Below are positions 1 to 8,069 of a stretch of DNA of 16,678 bases, in pieces. How positions within the stretch are numbered: the stretch's first letter is position 1; each line of letters opens with the position of its first letter. A model generated the notes under the pieces. The model made no database searches, was not told the origin of the DNA, and saw nothing but the letters and a program-made list of their open reading frames with translations. The position numbers and the translations under genes are program-made. The DNA is from Candidatus Micrarchaeia archaeon (GTDB lineage: Archaea > Micrarchaeota > Micrarchaeia > Micrarchaeales > CABMGC01). The DNA is taken from the NCBI GenBank assembly GCA_049976845.1, contig JBMFHL010000014.1:1-16678 (forward strand). The letters run 5' to 3'.

Positions 1-74
1 AGATGCAGCAGCAACAGACACAGCAACCACAACAGCAACCAGAGGAGCAACAGATGCAGCAGCAACAACAGTAA
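1..74 (+). CDS. 3' end of an upstream gene with a glutamine-rich low-complexity C-terminal tail (partial)
   Basis: Frame from nt 3 reads MQQQQTQQPQQQPEEQQMQQQQQ then TAA at 72-74. Mixed CAG/CAA codons indicate a protein-level repeat. The gene cannot be identified. Confidence 0.75.
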   Translation, partial: MQQQQTQQPQQQPEEQQMQQQQQ

Positions 75-238
75 TCAGCAAAATAATCCCTTCAGATATG
101 CGCAAATATAATTTACGTGGCTACTAACATTAAATAGCAAAGGGCAAAAGCTGTATACTCTGCAGTGCTTGTATAAGCTAATAAAAGCGTATTACAGCTC
201 TGCGAAAAGGATAAATAGAGCTTTTGCCTATTATGCTT

Positions 239-1423
239 ATGCCAAATTCTGAGAAAGTAATCCTTTTACACTACGGCGAGCTTTGGCTTCGCGGGCACAA
301 CAGGTCTAATTATATAAAAGCACTCCGTAATAACTTAATAAATCTGCTAAATGGAGAATCTTATCTACTTGAAAGCCAATACGATAGGATAGTCTTAAGG
401 CTAACACCTAAATCAAATACTGAAAGCATGCTTAGCAAGCTCTCATATCTTTTTGGCATAAGCAGGTACGAGCTTGCTTATGAGACGAATGCTGACATGA
501 ATTCAATATTAACTGTATCAAAAAAGCTGCTCATAGAGCTCAAGAAAACAGGGGCAACGCAGGTAAAAATCGATGCGCATAGGGCTTTCAAGGGGCTTGC
601 GTTCAATTCATTGGATATAATAAATAAGATCTCCGATCTTGCAAGGTCTGTTGATTTGAAGCCTGCGATGCACAACTATAATAGCATGCTTTTTATAAGG
701 GTAACCAAGGAAAATGCATATATATTCAGCAGCAGCTCGAAAGGCATTGGAGGATTGCCTGTCTCTACAAGCGGCAAAGGCATAGTACTTTTTTCAGGAG
801 GCATAGACTCTCCTGTCGCTGCCTGGTATGCGATGAAGCGCGGAGTATTGCCAATATATCTGCACTTGCATTCTTATCAAAATCCCAACAAAATAGAAAA
901 CACTAAAATCCCTAAAATCCTCTCTATTCTAAGCCCGTATTCCAGTGGCATGGGCCAAAAGATTTATTATGTGCCTGCGCACATCTTTCAAATCTCTGCA
1001 TTTTCTGTTGATAAAAAAAGATGCTATGAGCCAGTGCTGATGAAAGCTTTCCTCCTCAGGCTTGCGGAGAAGATAGCAAAGAAAGAGGGTGCAGGCATAA
1101 TATATACAGGCGAAAGCCTTGGTCAAGTCTCTTCGCAGACGGTAAAGAATCTCGCGGCTTCCCAATTCGGAATAAAGATTCCAATAGCAAGGCCCCTTAT
1201 AGGATTTGACAAGGAAGAGATAATAAGTGTCGCAAAGCGCATCAATACCTACAACGAATCCATAAAGCCTTATATTGACGTCTGTTCCACTAATGTAACA
1301 AAGACTAACACCAGCTCCGACACAAAGGTCATAACGGCATTGCTCAAAAAAATGAGGATAAGCGAATTAGTTAAAAAGTCTTTGAAAGAGGCAAAAATAA
1401 TCAGCAATGGGCAAAGCTATTAA
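239..1423 (+). CDS. thiI: tRNA 4-thiouridine (s4U8) sulfurtransferase ThiI, without rhodanese domain
   Basis: N-terminal HYGELWLRGHNR, THUMP-like middle, GIGGLP, PP-loop SGGIDSPVA, TGESLGQVSSQT, RPLIGFDKEEII. Start uncertain (TTG 224, ATG 233 or ATG 239). Confidence 0.93.
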   Translation: MPNSEKVILLHYGELWLRGHNRSNYIKALRNNLINLLNGESYLLESQYDRIVLRLTPKSNTESMLSKLSYLFGISRYELAYETNADMNSILTVSKKLLIELKKTGATQVKIDAHRAFKGLAFNSLDIINKISDLARSVDLKPAMHNYNSMLFIRVTKENAYIFSSSSKGIGGLPVSTSGKGIVLFSGGIDSPVAAWYAMKRGVLPIYLHLHSYQNPNKIENTKIPKILSILSPYSSGMGQKIYYVPAHIFQISAFSVDKKRCYEPVLMKAFLLRLAEKIAKKEGAGIIYTGESLGQVSSQTVKNLAASQFGIKIPIARPLIGFDKEEIISVAKRINTYNESIKPYIDVCSTNVTKTNTSSDTKVITALLKKMRISELVKKSLKEAKIISNGQSY

Positions 1424-1514
1424 AATATTAACTCCCAATAATAATAAGAGTTCATTAAAATTTGGCAGCCAAGAAAATATAGAATAAACAATAAAAATGA
1501 ACAATGATACTAAT

Positions 1515-1520
1515 AGGTGA
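1515..1520 (+). promoter_or_regulatory. Shine-Dalgarno site of alba
   Basis: AGGTGA lies 5 nt before ATG 1526, so the ORF-track GTG at 1517 is part of the RBS. Confidence 0.7.
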
Positions 1521-1525
1521 AAACT

Positions 1526-1828
1526 ATGGACGGACAAGAAGCAGAAAAGAAGCAAACAATACCAGAAAATGTGATATATGTCGGGAAGAAACCAGCAATG
1601 AACTATGTTTTGGCAGTAGTGACGCAGTTCAACAACGGCGCAAAGGTTGTAACTATAAAGGCTAGAGGAAATACAATCTCAAGGGCTGTCGATGTAGCTG
1701 AAATATCAAGAAACAGGTTTGTTTCAGACGTTAAAGTAGACAATATAACAATAAGCTCTGAGGAGCTTACAAACGAAGACGGCACCAAGAGCAAGGTAAG
1801 CGCCATCCAGATAATGCTCGCAAAATAA
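1526..1828 (+). CDS. albA: DNA/RNA-binding chromatin protein Alba
   Basis: [32 protein letters not shown] and [10 protein letters not shown] are Alba signature segments; about 100 aa. Confidence 0.96.
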   Translation: MDGQEAEKKQTIPENVIYVGKKPAMNYVLAVVTQFNNGAKVVTIKARGNTISRAVDVAEISRNRFVSDVKVDNITISSEELTNEDGTKSKVSAIQIMLAK

Positions 1829-1830
1829 AC

Positions 1831-1847
1831 TTCTTTTTTTATTTTTT
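1831..1847 (+). terminator. Archaeal oligo-T terminator after alba
   Basis: TTCTTTTTTTATTTTTT directly after the stop codon, between convergent genes. Confidence 0.65.
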
Positions 1848-1853
1848 CTAAAA

Positions 1854-2234
1854 TTATTTTATATTTGCTGCTATATCCGTAGAGGTTATCATGCCAACGC
1901 AGAGCATCTCCTTCTTGTTATTTACAACAGGTAACCTTGTGATTTTTCTGCTTACCATCACTCTTGCCGCATCTGCAATATCATCATTCATCTCAACGAA
2001 ATAAAAAGTCTCATCCATTATACTGCCAACTTTTATATCCTGCTCATTGTTACCATGCTTCTTAAAGAATTTGTCAACTGCTTCCTCACTCAATATCCCA
2101 ACTATTCTACCATCCCTGAGCACAGGCAGGCTGGGAACCTTGTTTACATTGATAAGCTTTGCAGCATAACTTATGCTTGTAGTTTCAGCTACTCCAACAA
2201 TGTGCTTATGCATTATTGTAGACACATTTGGCAT
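1854..2234 (-). CDS. Stand-alone CBS-pair (Bateman module) protein
   Basis: Two CBS repeats: SLPVLRDGRIVGILSE and RLPVVNNKKEMLCVGMITSTDI, with VSTIM / VGSIM linkers. Confidence 0.9.
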   Translation of the reverse strand: MPNVSTIMHKHIVGVAETTSISYAAKLINVNKVPSLPVLRDGRIVGILSEEAVDKFFKKHGNNEQDIKVGSIMDETFYFVEMNDDIADAARVMVSRKITRLPVVNNKKEMLCVGMITSTDIAANIK

Positions 2235-2354
2235 TTAATTACCATCGATGCCCTTACAACAGATAACATATGCATAGCAACTTCTAAAAGCATTTTTGCT
2301 TCAATACTTATAGATGCAAGCGCGATAAATATTTAGCCAGCATTAGGTGCTGTT

Positions 2355-2846
2355 ATGGCAGAAATAAAAATTGTAAAGGTTGCAAAAGACGACGAGGATC
2401 AGATTATAATAGGACATGCAGGTTTTATAAAAACAGCCGAAGACTTATATGAGGCAATGATGAATAGCGTGCCTGGGATAAAATTTGGCGTGGCTTTTGC
2501 CGAGGCAAGCGGCAAATGCCTAGTAAGAGGAGAAGGCAACGACTCAAAACTTATAGAGAAAGCAGAGAAGAATGCATTAAGCATAGGCGCAGGTCATACT
2601 TTTGTAATAATCTTCAGGAACGGATATCCAATAAATGTTGCTAATGCCTTAAAAAATGTGCCAGAAGTAGTAAGTATATACTGTGCAACTGCCAATAATG
2701 TAAGTGTTGCAGTAATGGATACAGGCACAGGCAGGGTCGTATTAGGGATTGCAGACGGAGAAAAATCAAGAGGTATAGAAGGCATCAAGGACAAAAAGGA
2801 GAGGCGCAAGCAGCTGCGCGACTTCGGATACAAACTAAGTGACTGA
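2355..2846 (+). CDS. Adenosine-specific kinase family protein (DUF355 / PAE2307-like)
   Basis: IIGHAGFIKTAEDLYE, FGVAFAEASG, GAGHTFVI, YPINV, VPEV..IYCATAN, C-terminal LRDFGYK; AGGTG RBS at 2345-2349. Confidence 0.88.
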   Translation: MAEIKIVKVAKDDEDQIIIGHAGFIKTAEDLYEAMMNSVPGIKFGVAFAEASGKCLVRGEGNDSKLIEKAEKNALSIGAGHTFVIIFRNGYPINVANALKNVPEVVSIYCATANNVSVAVMDTGTGRVVLGIADGEKSRGIEGIKDKKERRKQLRDFGYKLSD

Positions 2847-3503
2847 ATGGACTCTAGATTGCTTGAAAAGGATGAAGCAGAAAAGGCGATAGAGATACTT
2901 GAAAATACATACCGCAATGCGAAATATTACCTTAACTTCTCGAATCCTATTGAGCTGCTTGTCGCAGCTATACTGTCAGCGCAGACGCATGACGAAGTAG
3001 TAAATGCTGTCACTCCAGAGCTTTTCAAAAGGTTCAAAACCGTGCATGACTATGCAAGTGCAAATACCGATGAAATATTGAAATACGTTGGCAAGGTGAG
3101 TTTTGCAGGTAACAAAGTCAAAAACATAATCTCTGCCTGCAAGATTATAGAAGAGAAACATAATGGCATTGTTCCAAGAGAAATGGATTCTTTGCTGGAG
3201 CTGCCTGGCGTGGGCAGGAAAACAGCCAACACTATACTGATAAACGCCTATAATATAATCGAAGGCATACCAGTAGATACATGGGTCATAAAACTTTCAT
3301 ATAGAATCGGCTTCAGCCTAGCTAAGAAACCAGAGGACATAGAAAAAGACCTTATGAAAATAGTTGAAAAGAAATACTGGCACAATATAGCATATGTGCT
3401 GAAGCAGCATGGTCATTCTGTTTGCAATTCCCAGGTTCCCATTTGCAGCAAATGCGTAATATCAAAGATTTGCAGGAGGAATGGCGTCAAGAAAAGCATG
3501 TAA
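2847..3503 (+). CDS. nth: Endonuclease III (HhH-GPD DNA glycosylase/AP lyase, 4Fe-4S)
   Basis: ELLVAAILSAQT, HhH motif LPGVGRKTAN with the catalytic Lys, PVDT catalytic Asp, C-x6-C-x2-C-x5-C cluster (CNSQVPICSKCVISKIC). Confidence 0.95.
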   Translation: MDSRLLEKDEAEKAIEILENTYRNAKYYLNFSNPIELLVAAILSAQTHDEVVNAVTPELFKRFKTVHDYASANTDEILKYVGKVSFAGNKVKNIISACKIIEEKHNGIVPREMDSLLELPGVGRKTANTILINAYNIIEGIPVDTWVIKLSYRIGFSLAKKPEDIEKDLMKIVEKKYWHNIAYVLKQHGHSVCNSQVPICSKCVISKICRRNGVKKSM

Positions 3504-3549
3504 TGGCTACACATTTATAGCCGCAAAATATTCTTAAAAAGGTATTTGA

Positions 3550-4806
3550 ATGAAGCTTTATTGCGATTTCCACATACACAGCCGCTTCTCAAGGGCGACA
3601 AGCGAAAGCCTTGGAGTTGAGAGCATAGCATATGCGGCAAGAAGCAAGGGCCTCAGCATAGTCGGCACCGGAGATTTCACGCATCCAGAGTGGTTTAAGG
3701 AGCTTAAGCAAAAGCTTAAGCCGGCAGGCGAAGGAATCTACGAATATGGCGGAATTAAATTTATTCTTACAGTAGAAATTTCAACTATTTTTGAAAGGAA
3801 CGGAAGCGCCAAAAAAGTTCATCATGTTGTACACGCACCCTCCTTTGAGGTTGCAGGCCAAATAAACGAAATGCTCTCAAAGTATGGTAGCCTTTCTATT
3901 GACGGAAGGCCAATGCTAAAGGCCGAGCCCTCAGAAGTAGTCGAAAAGCTCATGTCGATAAGCAAAGATACTCTAATATATCCTGCCCATAATTGGACCC
4001 CATTCTACGGATGCATGGGCAGTGACAATGGCTTTAATTCTATCAGTGAATGCTATGGTGATCAAGAGAGAAATATACATGCAATTGAGACGGGCCTTTC
4101 ATCGGATCCTGCAATGAACTGGAGATTATCAATGCTTGACAAATACTCCCTGCTCTCTAACAGTGATGCGCACTCTGCACCAAATATTGGTAGGGAATCC
4201 AATGTTTTTGAGATAAAAGAGGAAAAAATTTCATACAGGGCATTGAACGAAGCAATAATAAAGAAAGATAACAAGAAATTGAGCTTTACCATAGAGTATT
4301 TTCCAGAGGAGGGGAAATACCACTATGATGGCCATAGAAACTGCAATGTATCCTTAAGCCCTGATGATGCAAAGAGATACAATAACAGGTGCCCAGTGTG
4401 TGGGAAGCCTTTGGTGTTGGGTGTGCTCCACAGAATCGACGAATTGGCTGACAGGCCTTACGGGTTTATGCCCAAAGACGCCTCTAAATTTGCATACGCC
4501 GTGCCATTGGTAGAGGTGCTTGCATATATAACAGGTAAGGGTAGGAATACCCAGCATGTAAAGGGCCTTTACAGCAAACTTGTGAAAGAGTTTGGCAATG
4601 AATTTGATGTATTACTCAACGAGGATCTTGGTAAATTAAGAGATGTAGACCCGAAGCTTGCCGAAGCCATAGAGAACATAAGGGAAAAGCGCGTAAATCT
4701 TGTTCCAGGATACGATGGTGTTTTTGGAATAGTGGACATGCTTAATAAAATGAAAAATAACGGAACAAAATGGAAGGGGAAGCAAAGCACAATAAATGAT
4801 TTCTAA
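3550..4806 (+). CDS. Endonuclease Q family PHP-domain nuclease with Zn ribbon
   Basis: DFHIHSRFSRATS, GTGDFTHP, PAHxWTP, IETGLSSD, SNSDAHS, GKYHYDGHRNC...CPVCG, GVLHRIDELAD, FGNEFDVL, PGYDGVFG. Confidence 0.88.
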   Translation: MKLYCDFHIHSRFSRATSESLGVESIAYAARSKGLSIVGTGDFTHPEWFKELKQKLKPAGEGIYEYGGIKFILTVEISTIFERNGSAKKVHHVVHAPSFEVAGQINEMLSKYGSLSIDGRPMLKAEPSEVVEKLMSISKDTLIYPAHNWTPFYGCMGSDNGFNSISECYGDQERNIHAIETGLSSDPAMNWRLSMLDKYSLLSNSDAHSAPNIGRESNVFEIKEEKISYRALNEAIIKKDNKKLSFTIEYFPEEGKYHYDGHRNCNVSLSPDDAKRYNNRCPVCGKPLVLGVLHRIDELADRPYGFMPKDASKFAYAVPLVEVLAYITGKGRNTQHVKGLYSKLVKEFGNEFDVLLNEDLGKLRDVDPKLAEAIENIREKRVNLVPGYDGVFGIVDMLNKMKNNGTKWKGKQSTINDF

Positions 4807-4874
4807 TTTCGGAAAACAAAATAAAATCTAAAGTTATATATAATTACTTAAGGAAAATAATATTGTGGTGTGAG

Positions 4875-6638
4875 ATGCACAAAAGTCAAATCATACTATA
4901 CTCAATATTGGCGTTTGCAATGCTTCAGCTTGCGGTGTTTTCCGAATCGCAAAGCATAGGCACTGCATATATTTATGCGCCTGCAGTCGTGACAAGCATA
5001 AACAAGGGAACGATAACAACCTTCTACCTAAATGTCACCTATGGGGATGGCAGTGTGGCTATATTTGGGCCTTCGAGCGTTGGCAACAGCACTCTCGAAT
5101 CAGCGCAAACAGCCGCAAATTACGCATCCCAGTACCTAGGTTTAAATGAGAAAGACTACAATTTTACATATACTATATCCGATAGCAATGTAAGTGTTTC
5201 AGGACCAAGCGGCGGGCTTGCATTTACGTTGTTGGCAATATCGGTACTTTCTCACACTCCGCTGCTTCACGATTTCACACTCACAGGCACTATATCTCAA
5301 AGCGGGGCTGTAGGCCAGATTGGTGGTGTATACGACAAAATCGCCGCAGCACAAGCTCACAATCTGGCTTTTGGTATTGTACCCTACGCAGAGAACGGCA
5401 GTTTTGAAGATTTGCTCTATTATCTTGTGCAGCAGAAATTTGATATGCCTCTTGTAGAGGTGTCAAACGTATCGGAAGCGCTTGCATATGCTTCAGGAGC
5501 AAAGCAGCCAACGCCTTTAAGCTATTTAATATCGCCAAACTACAACCTAGACAAACTCCCTTCTGCGAGGTTGAGTTGTGAAGCATGCAACGAATCCGCT
5601 TTTCTCAATCTCACTGACTTTACATTCAACTTTACAAACAGCACTATTGCAGAAATAAGCAATAAATATTTGCAGGCAAAATCTATGTTCAATTCGGAGC
5701 TAAGCAACTATAGCGAGATTCTCGGAAAGGGCTATATGTACACGTCTGCAGATCTCTCTTTCCTTGCCTTTACTCAGGCTTTCTTGCTTGCAAACGCGAA
5801 TAATATAAATATAAAATCGGCTTCAGCAATTATACGCAATGTCTCCAATTACTGCTCTAGTCTAACGCCTCCACAGATGACAAATACTAATTATGAATAT
5901 ATTATTGGGGGCGAGCTCAGGCAGTCGTGGGGCAACATAACATCAGCTTCGGCCGCAGCAATCCTCAATGCAAGCGACACAAGCGATGGCATCGCAGAGA
6001 GCATATACACTGCCGGCGAAGCATATGGGTGGTGCGCTGCCGCGGGCCAGATGTATTCTATAGCAAGCAGCATGTCAGGTGTTCCGGTGGAAACCTCTTT
6101 GTCACTTAGGCAAGATGCAGAAAAAGCAATAAGCTCCTCAAGCAGATACGGAGCTAGTCTATATACTCAAAGTGCTGCTGATCTGTATAATTCAGGCTAT
6201 TACGCACCTGCGTTGTATGATGCAGAATACGCTTCAGTATTTGATAATCCTATAATCGACAATTACACCCCAAGCCAAATGCTTAATAAAACAAGATCTA
6301 ACATAAGCAACTCTACATACGGGATATGGCCGAATCAATTTGCTCTATCTTCATTATTCTACCTGAATGAATGGAACATTACAGACAACCAAAGCTATCT
6401 GCAAGAAGCATACACAATGTCAGCACTTGCCCTTAGCTTGAGCAATTCCAATAAAATTATAAACAGCACTTTTATAGCAGTACCATATAATCAGACAATT
6501 GCCCCTAACGCGCTTGCAGCAATTAACCAAAAAATAGAGCAATTATACATACTAATGTTTGTGATCGTAGTAATACTTTTCATGATACTCATAATACTGC
6601 TGCTAATGCTGCTCGGCGAAAAAAGATATAAAAAGTGA
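4875..6638 (+). CDS. Secreted, C-terminally membrane-anchored S16 (Lon-protease-domain) serine protease, archaeal COG1750-like
   Basis: Signal-peptide-like N-terminus; GPSGG Ser and IGGVYDK Lys exactly 43 residues apart, the Lon Ser-Lys dyad spacing; TGTI; no AAA+ motifs; C-terminal hydrophobic helix followed by KRYKK. ATG 4875 follows GGTG (ORF track starts at TTG 4863). Confidence 0.85.
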   Translation: MHKSQIILYSILAFAMLQLAVFSESQSIGTAYIYAPAVVTSINKGTITTFYLNVTYGDGSVAIFGPSSVGNSTLESAQTAANYASQYLGLNEKDYNFTYTISDSNVSVSGPSGGLAFTLLAISVLSHTPLLHDFTLTGTISQSGAVGQIGGVYDKIAAAQAHNLAFGIVPYAENGSFEDLLYYLVQQKFDMPLVEVSNVSEALAYASGAKQPTPLSYLISPNYNLDKLPSARLSCEACNESAFLNLTDFTFNFTNSTIAEISNKYLQAKSMFNSELSNYSEILGKGYMYTSADLSFLAFTQAFLLANANNINIKSASAIIRNVSNYCSSLTPPQMTNTNYEYIIGGELRQSWGNITSASAAAILNASDTSDGIAESIYTAGEAYGWCAAAGQMYSIASSMSGVPVETSLSLRQDAEKAISSSSRYGASLYTQSAADLYNSGYYAPALYDAEYASVFDNPIIDNYTPSQMLNKTRSNISNSTYGIWPNQFALSSLFYLNEWNITDNQSYLQEAYTMSALALSLSNSNKIINSTFIAVPYNQTIAPNALAAINQKIEQLYILMFVIVVILFMILIILLLMLLGEKRYKK

Positions 6639-6642
6639 TGCA

Positions 6643-7113
6643 GTGCCTTACGATCCATTCTGTTCAAAGGAATTGATAGCAAAACAAATATATTTTGAGT
6701 CAAAGCACATTAATGTCCTTTACAATATCCACCCAATTCTGCCTGGGCATTCCCTCTTAGTACCTAAGAGGCATGTGGAAAATATTGGGGAATTGAGCGA
6801 AGAAGAGTGGAAAGATATCCTCAAGGCATTGGATAAAGTGTTACCTGTGCTGCTTAAATTGTACTCTAAGGGTAGCTCCTCCTATAATCTTTCATTTAAC
6901 GTGGGCCCTTATTCTGGAAGGGTAATAAGTCACCTCCACATGCACATCGTGCCTAGATGGAAAAATGATCAGTTCAGTAAGGACGCAAATGCGCTATATG
7001 CCGGGCTCTACAAAGATATCTATGAGAAAGATGCCACAAAAGAAAACATAACCGCAGAAATCGAAAGACTAAGGAAAATCTTCAAATATAAGCCAGCGGG
7101 AGCAAAGGCGTGA
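6643..7113 (+). CDS. HIT family nucleotide hydrolase
   Basis: PILPGHSLLVPKRHV, YNLSFNVG..SG, histidine triad HLHMHIVPR; GTG start. Confidence 0.92.
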   Translation: MPYDPFCSKELIAKQIYFESKHINVLYNIHPILPGHSLLVPKRHVENIGELSEEEWKDILKALDKVLPVLLKLYSKGSSSYNLSFNVGPYSGRVISHLHMHIVPRWKNDQFSKDANALYAGLYKDIYEKDATKENITAEIERLRKIFKYKPAGAKA

Positions 7114-7957
7114 CAAGGAATGCAATAAGAGCTATGCCCATCGCAACCAAAGAAATATTTCTTGTGGACCTGTAGAATTTTTCAGTATGCATATACAGGT
7201 ACATTACACCTACGTAGAGAAGAAGCGTGTCAGTAACAATAATCAACGTTAGATATGTGATGCTGAATCTGAATGGCTCCATCGCAAAGAAAAGGTATAT
7301 GCTTATAAGTATTGCAGCTGTGTAGAGGACCAGCGAGATGAATGCAGAGGCATTTGCCCCTATGGCTTTTGGCAAGGTATTTGCTTTCCTTGCTTTGGTA
7401 TCACCTTTCAAATCCCTTATGGTGCCATGTATCTCCCTTGCAAGACCGCTAAGGAATATTATCAAGGATATTAATATTATGTCAAATCTCAAGTTATAGC
7501 TCACAGCATAGTTGCCGAATATGAATGGTATTGCCATTGAGAATGCCACATATGCGTTGCCCCAAAAAAGCATCTCCTTAAGCTTGTAGCTATAGAGCAT
7601 CGCAAGGCTACCGAAGATCAGGGCAATCGCAAAGCAATACCCGTTTATCAGTGCACTAGCAACAATGCCTATGGCCAAGCAAACAACAGTCACAATAATT
7701 GCGTCTCTAGGATTTAAGCTGCCATTGACTAGAGGCCTTTTGAATTTCCTATTCAGCTTGTCCACCTCTATGTCAAAGTAATCATTTATTGCAAATGAAG
7801 ACATGCTTATGAATATTGGCGTTATAAGGCTCATGGAAAAAACAAACAAATTAGGCAAATAGCCCGTTATAAGTTCGGCCGCAACTACCGCTATAACTAG
7901 CATTAGGCTATGCTCTATTCTTGTAAGCTTCATTATTGCAGCAAACTTATTAATCAA
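7082..7957 (-). CDS. UbiA-family prenyltransferase, digeranylgeranylglyceryl-phosphate synthase-like
   Basis: INDYFDIEVDKLNR..RPL..G first Asp-rich motif, YSYKLK..GN, REI..IRDLKGD..TLP, many TM helices; TTG start after GGAGGAGG. Confidence 0.82.
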   Translation of the reverse strand: MINKFAAIMKLTRIEHSLMLVIAVVAAELITGYLPNLFVFSMSLITPIFISMSSFAINDYFDIEVDKLNRKFKRPLVNGSLNPRDAIIVTVVCLAIGIVASALINGYCFAIALIFGSLAMLYSYKLKEMLFWGNAYVAFSMAIPFIFGNYAVSYNLRFDIILISLIIFLSGLAREIHGTIRDLKGDTKARKANTLPKAIGANASAFISLVLYTAAILISIYLFFAMEPFRFSITYLTLIIVTDTLLLYVGVMYLYMHTEKFYRSTRNISLVAMGIALIAFLVTPLLPLAYI

Positions 7958-8069
7958 AGCCTCCTCCTCGCCTTTGCTTCAAACTACCAGCGTCTGACAA
8001 AAAACTATACTTATCTAACCTATATAAATTATTGCATAGCAATTAGAATTATATAAAATAATAGATAAA

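Noticed and set aside
1..74. CRISPR array or mobile-element repeat
   Set aside because: Degenerate CAG/CAA triplets ending at a stop codon, with no repeat-spacer periodicity. No cas, transposase or integrase genes are in the window.
2844..2849. Selenocysteine or readthrough fusion at the in-frame TGA-ATG between DUF355 and nth
   Set aside because: Both proteins are full length with normal termini, the position is not a catalytic Cys site, and no SECIS-like element was recognised.
3270..3290. VDTW instead of the common VDTH motif in Nth
   Set aside because: The catalytic Lys, catalytic Asp and Fe-S ligands are intact; a single substitution is not enough to claim altered function.
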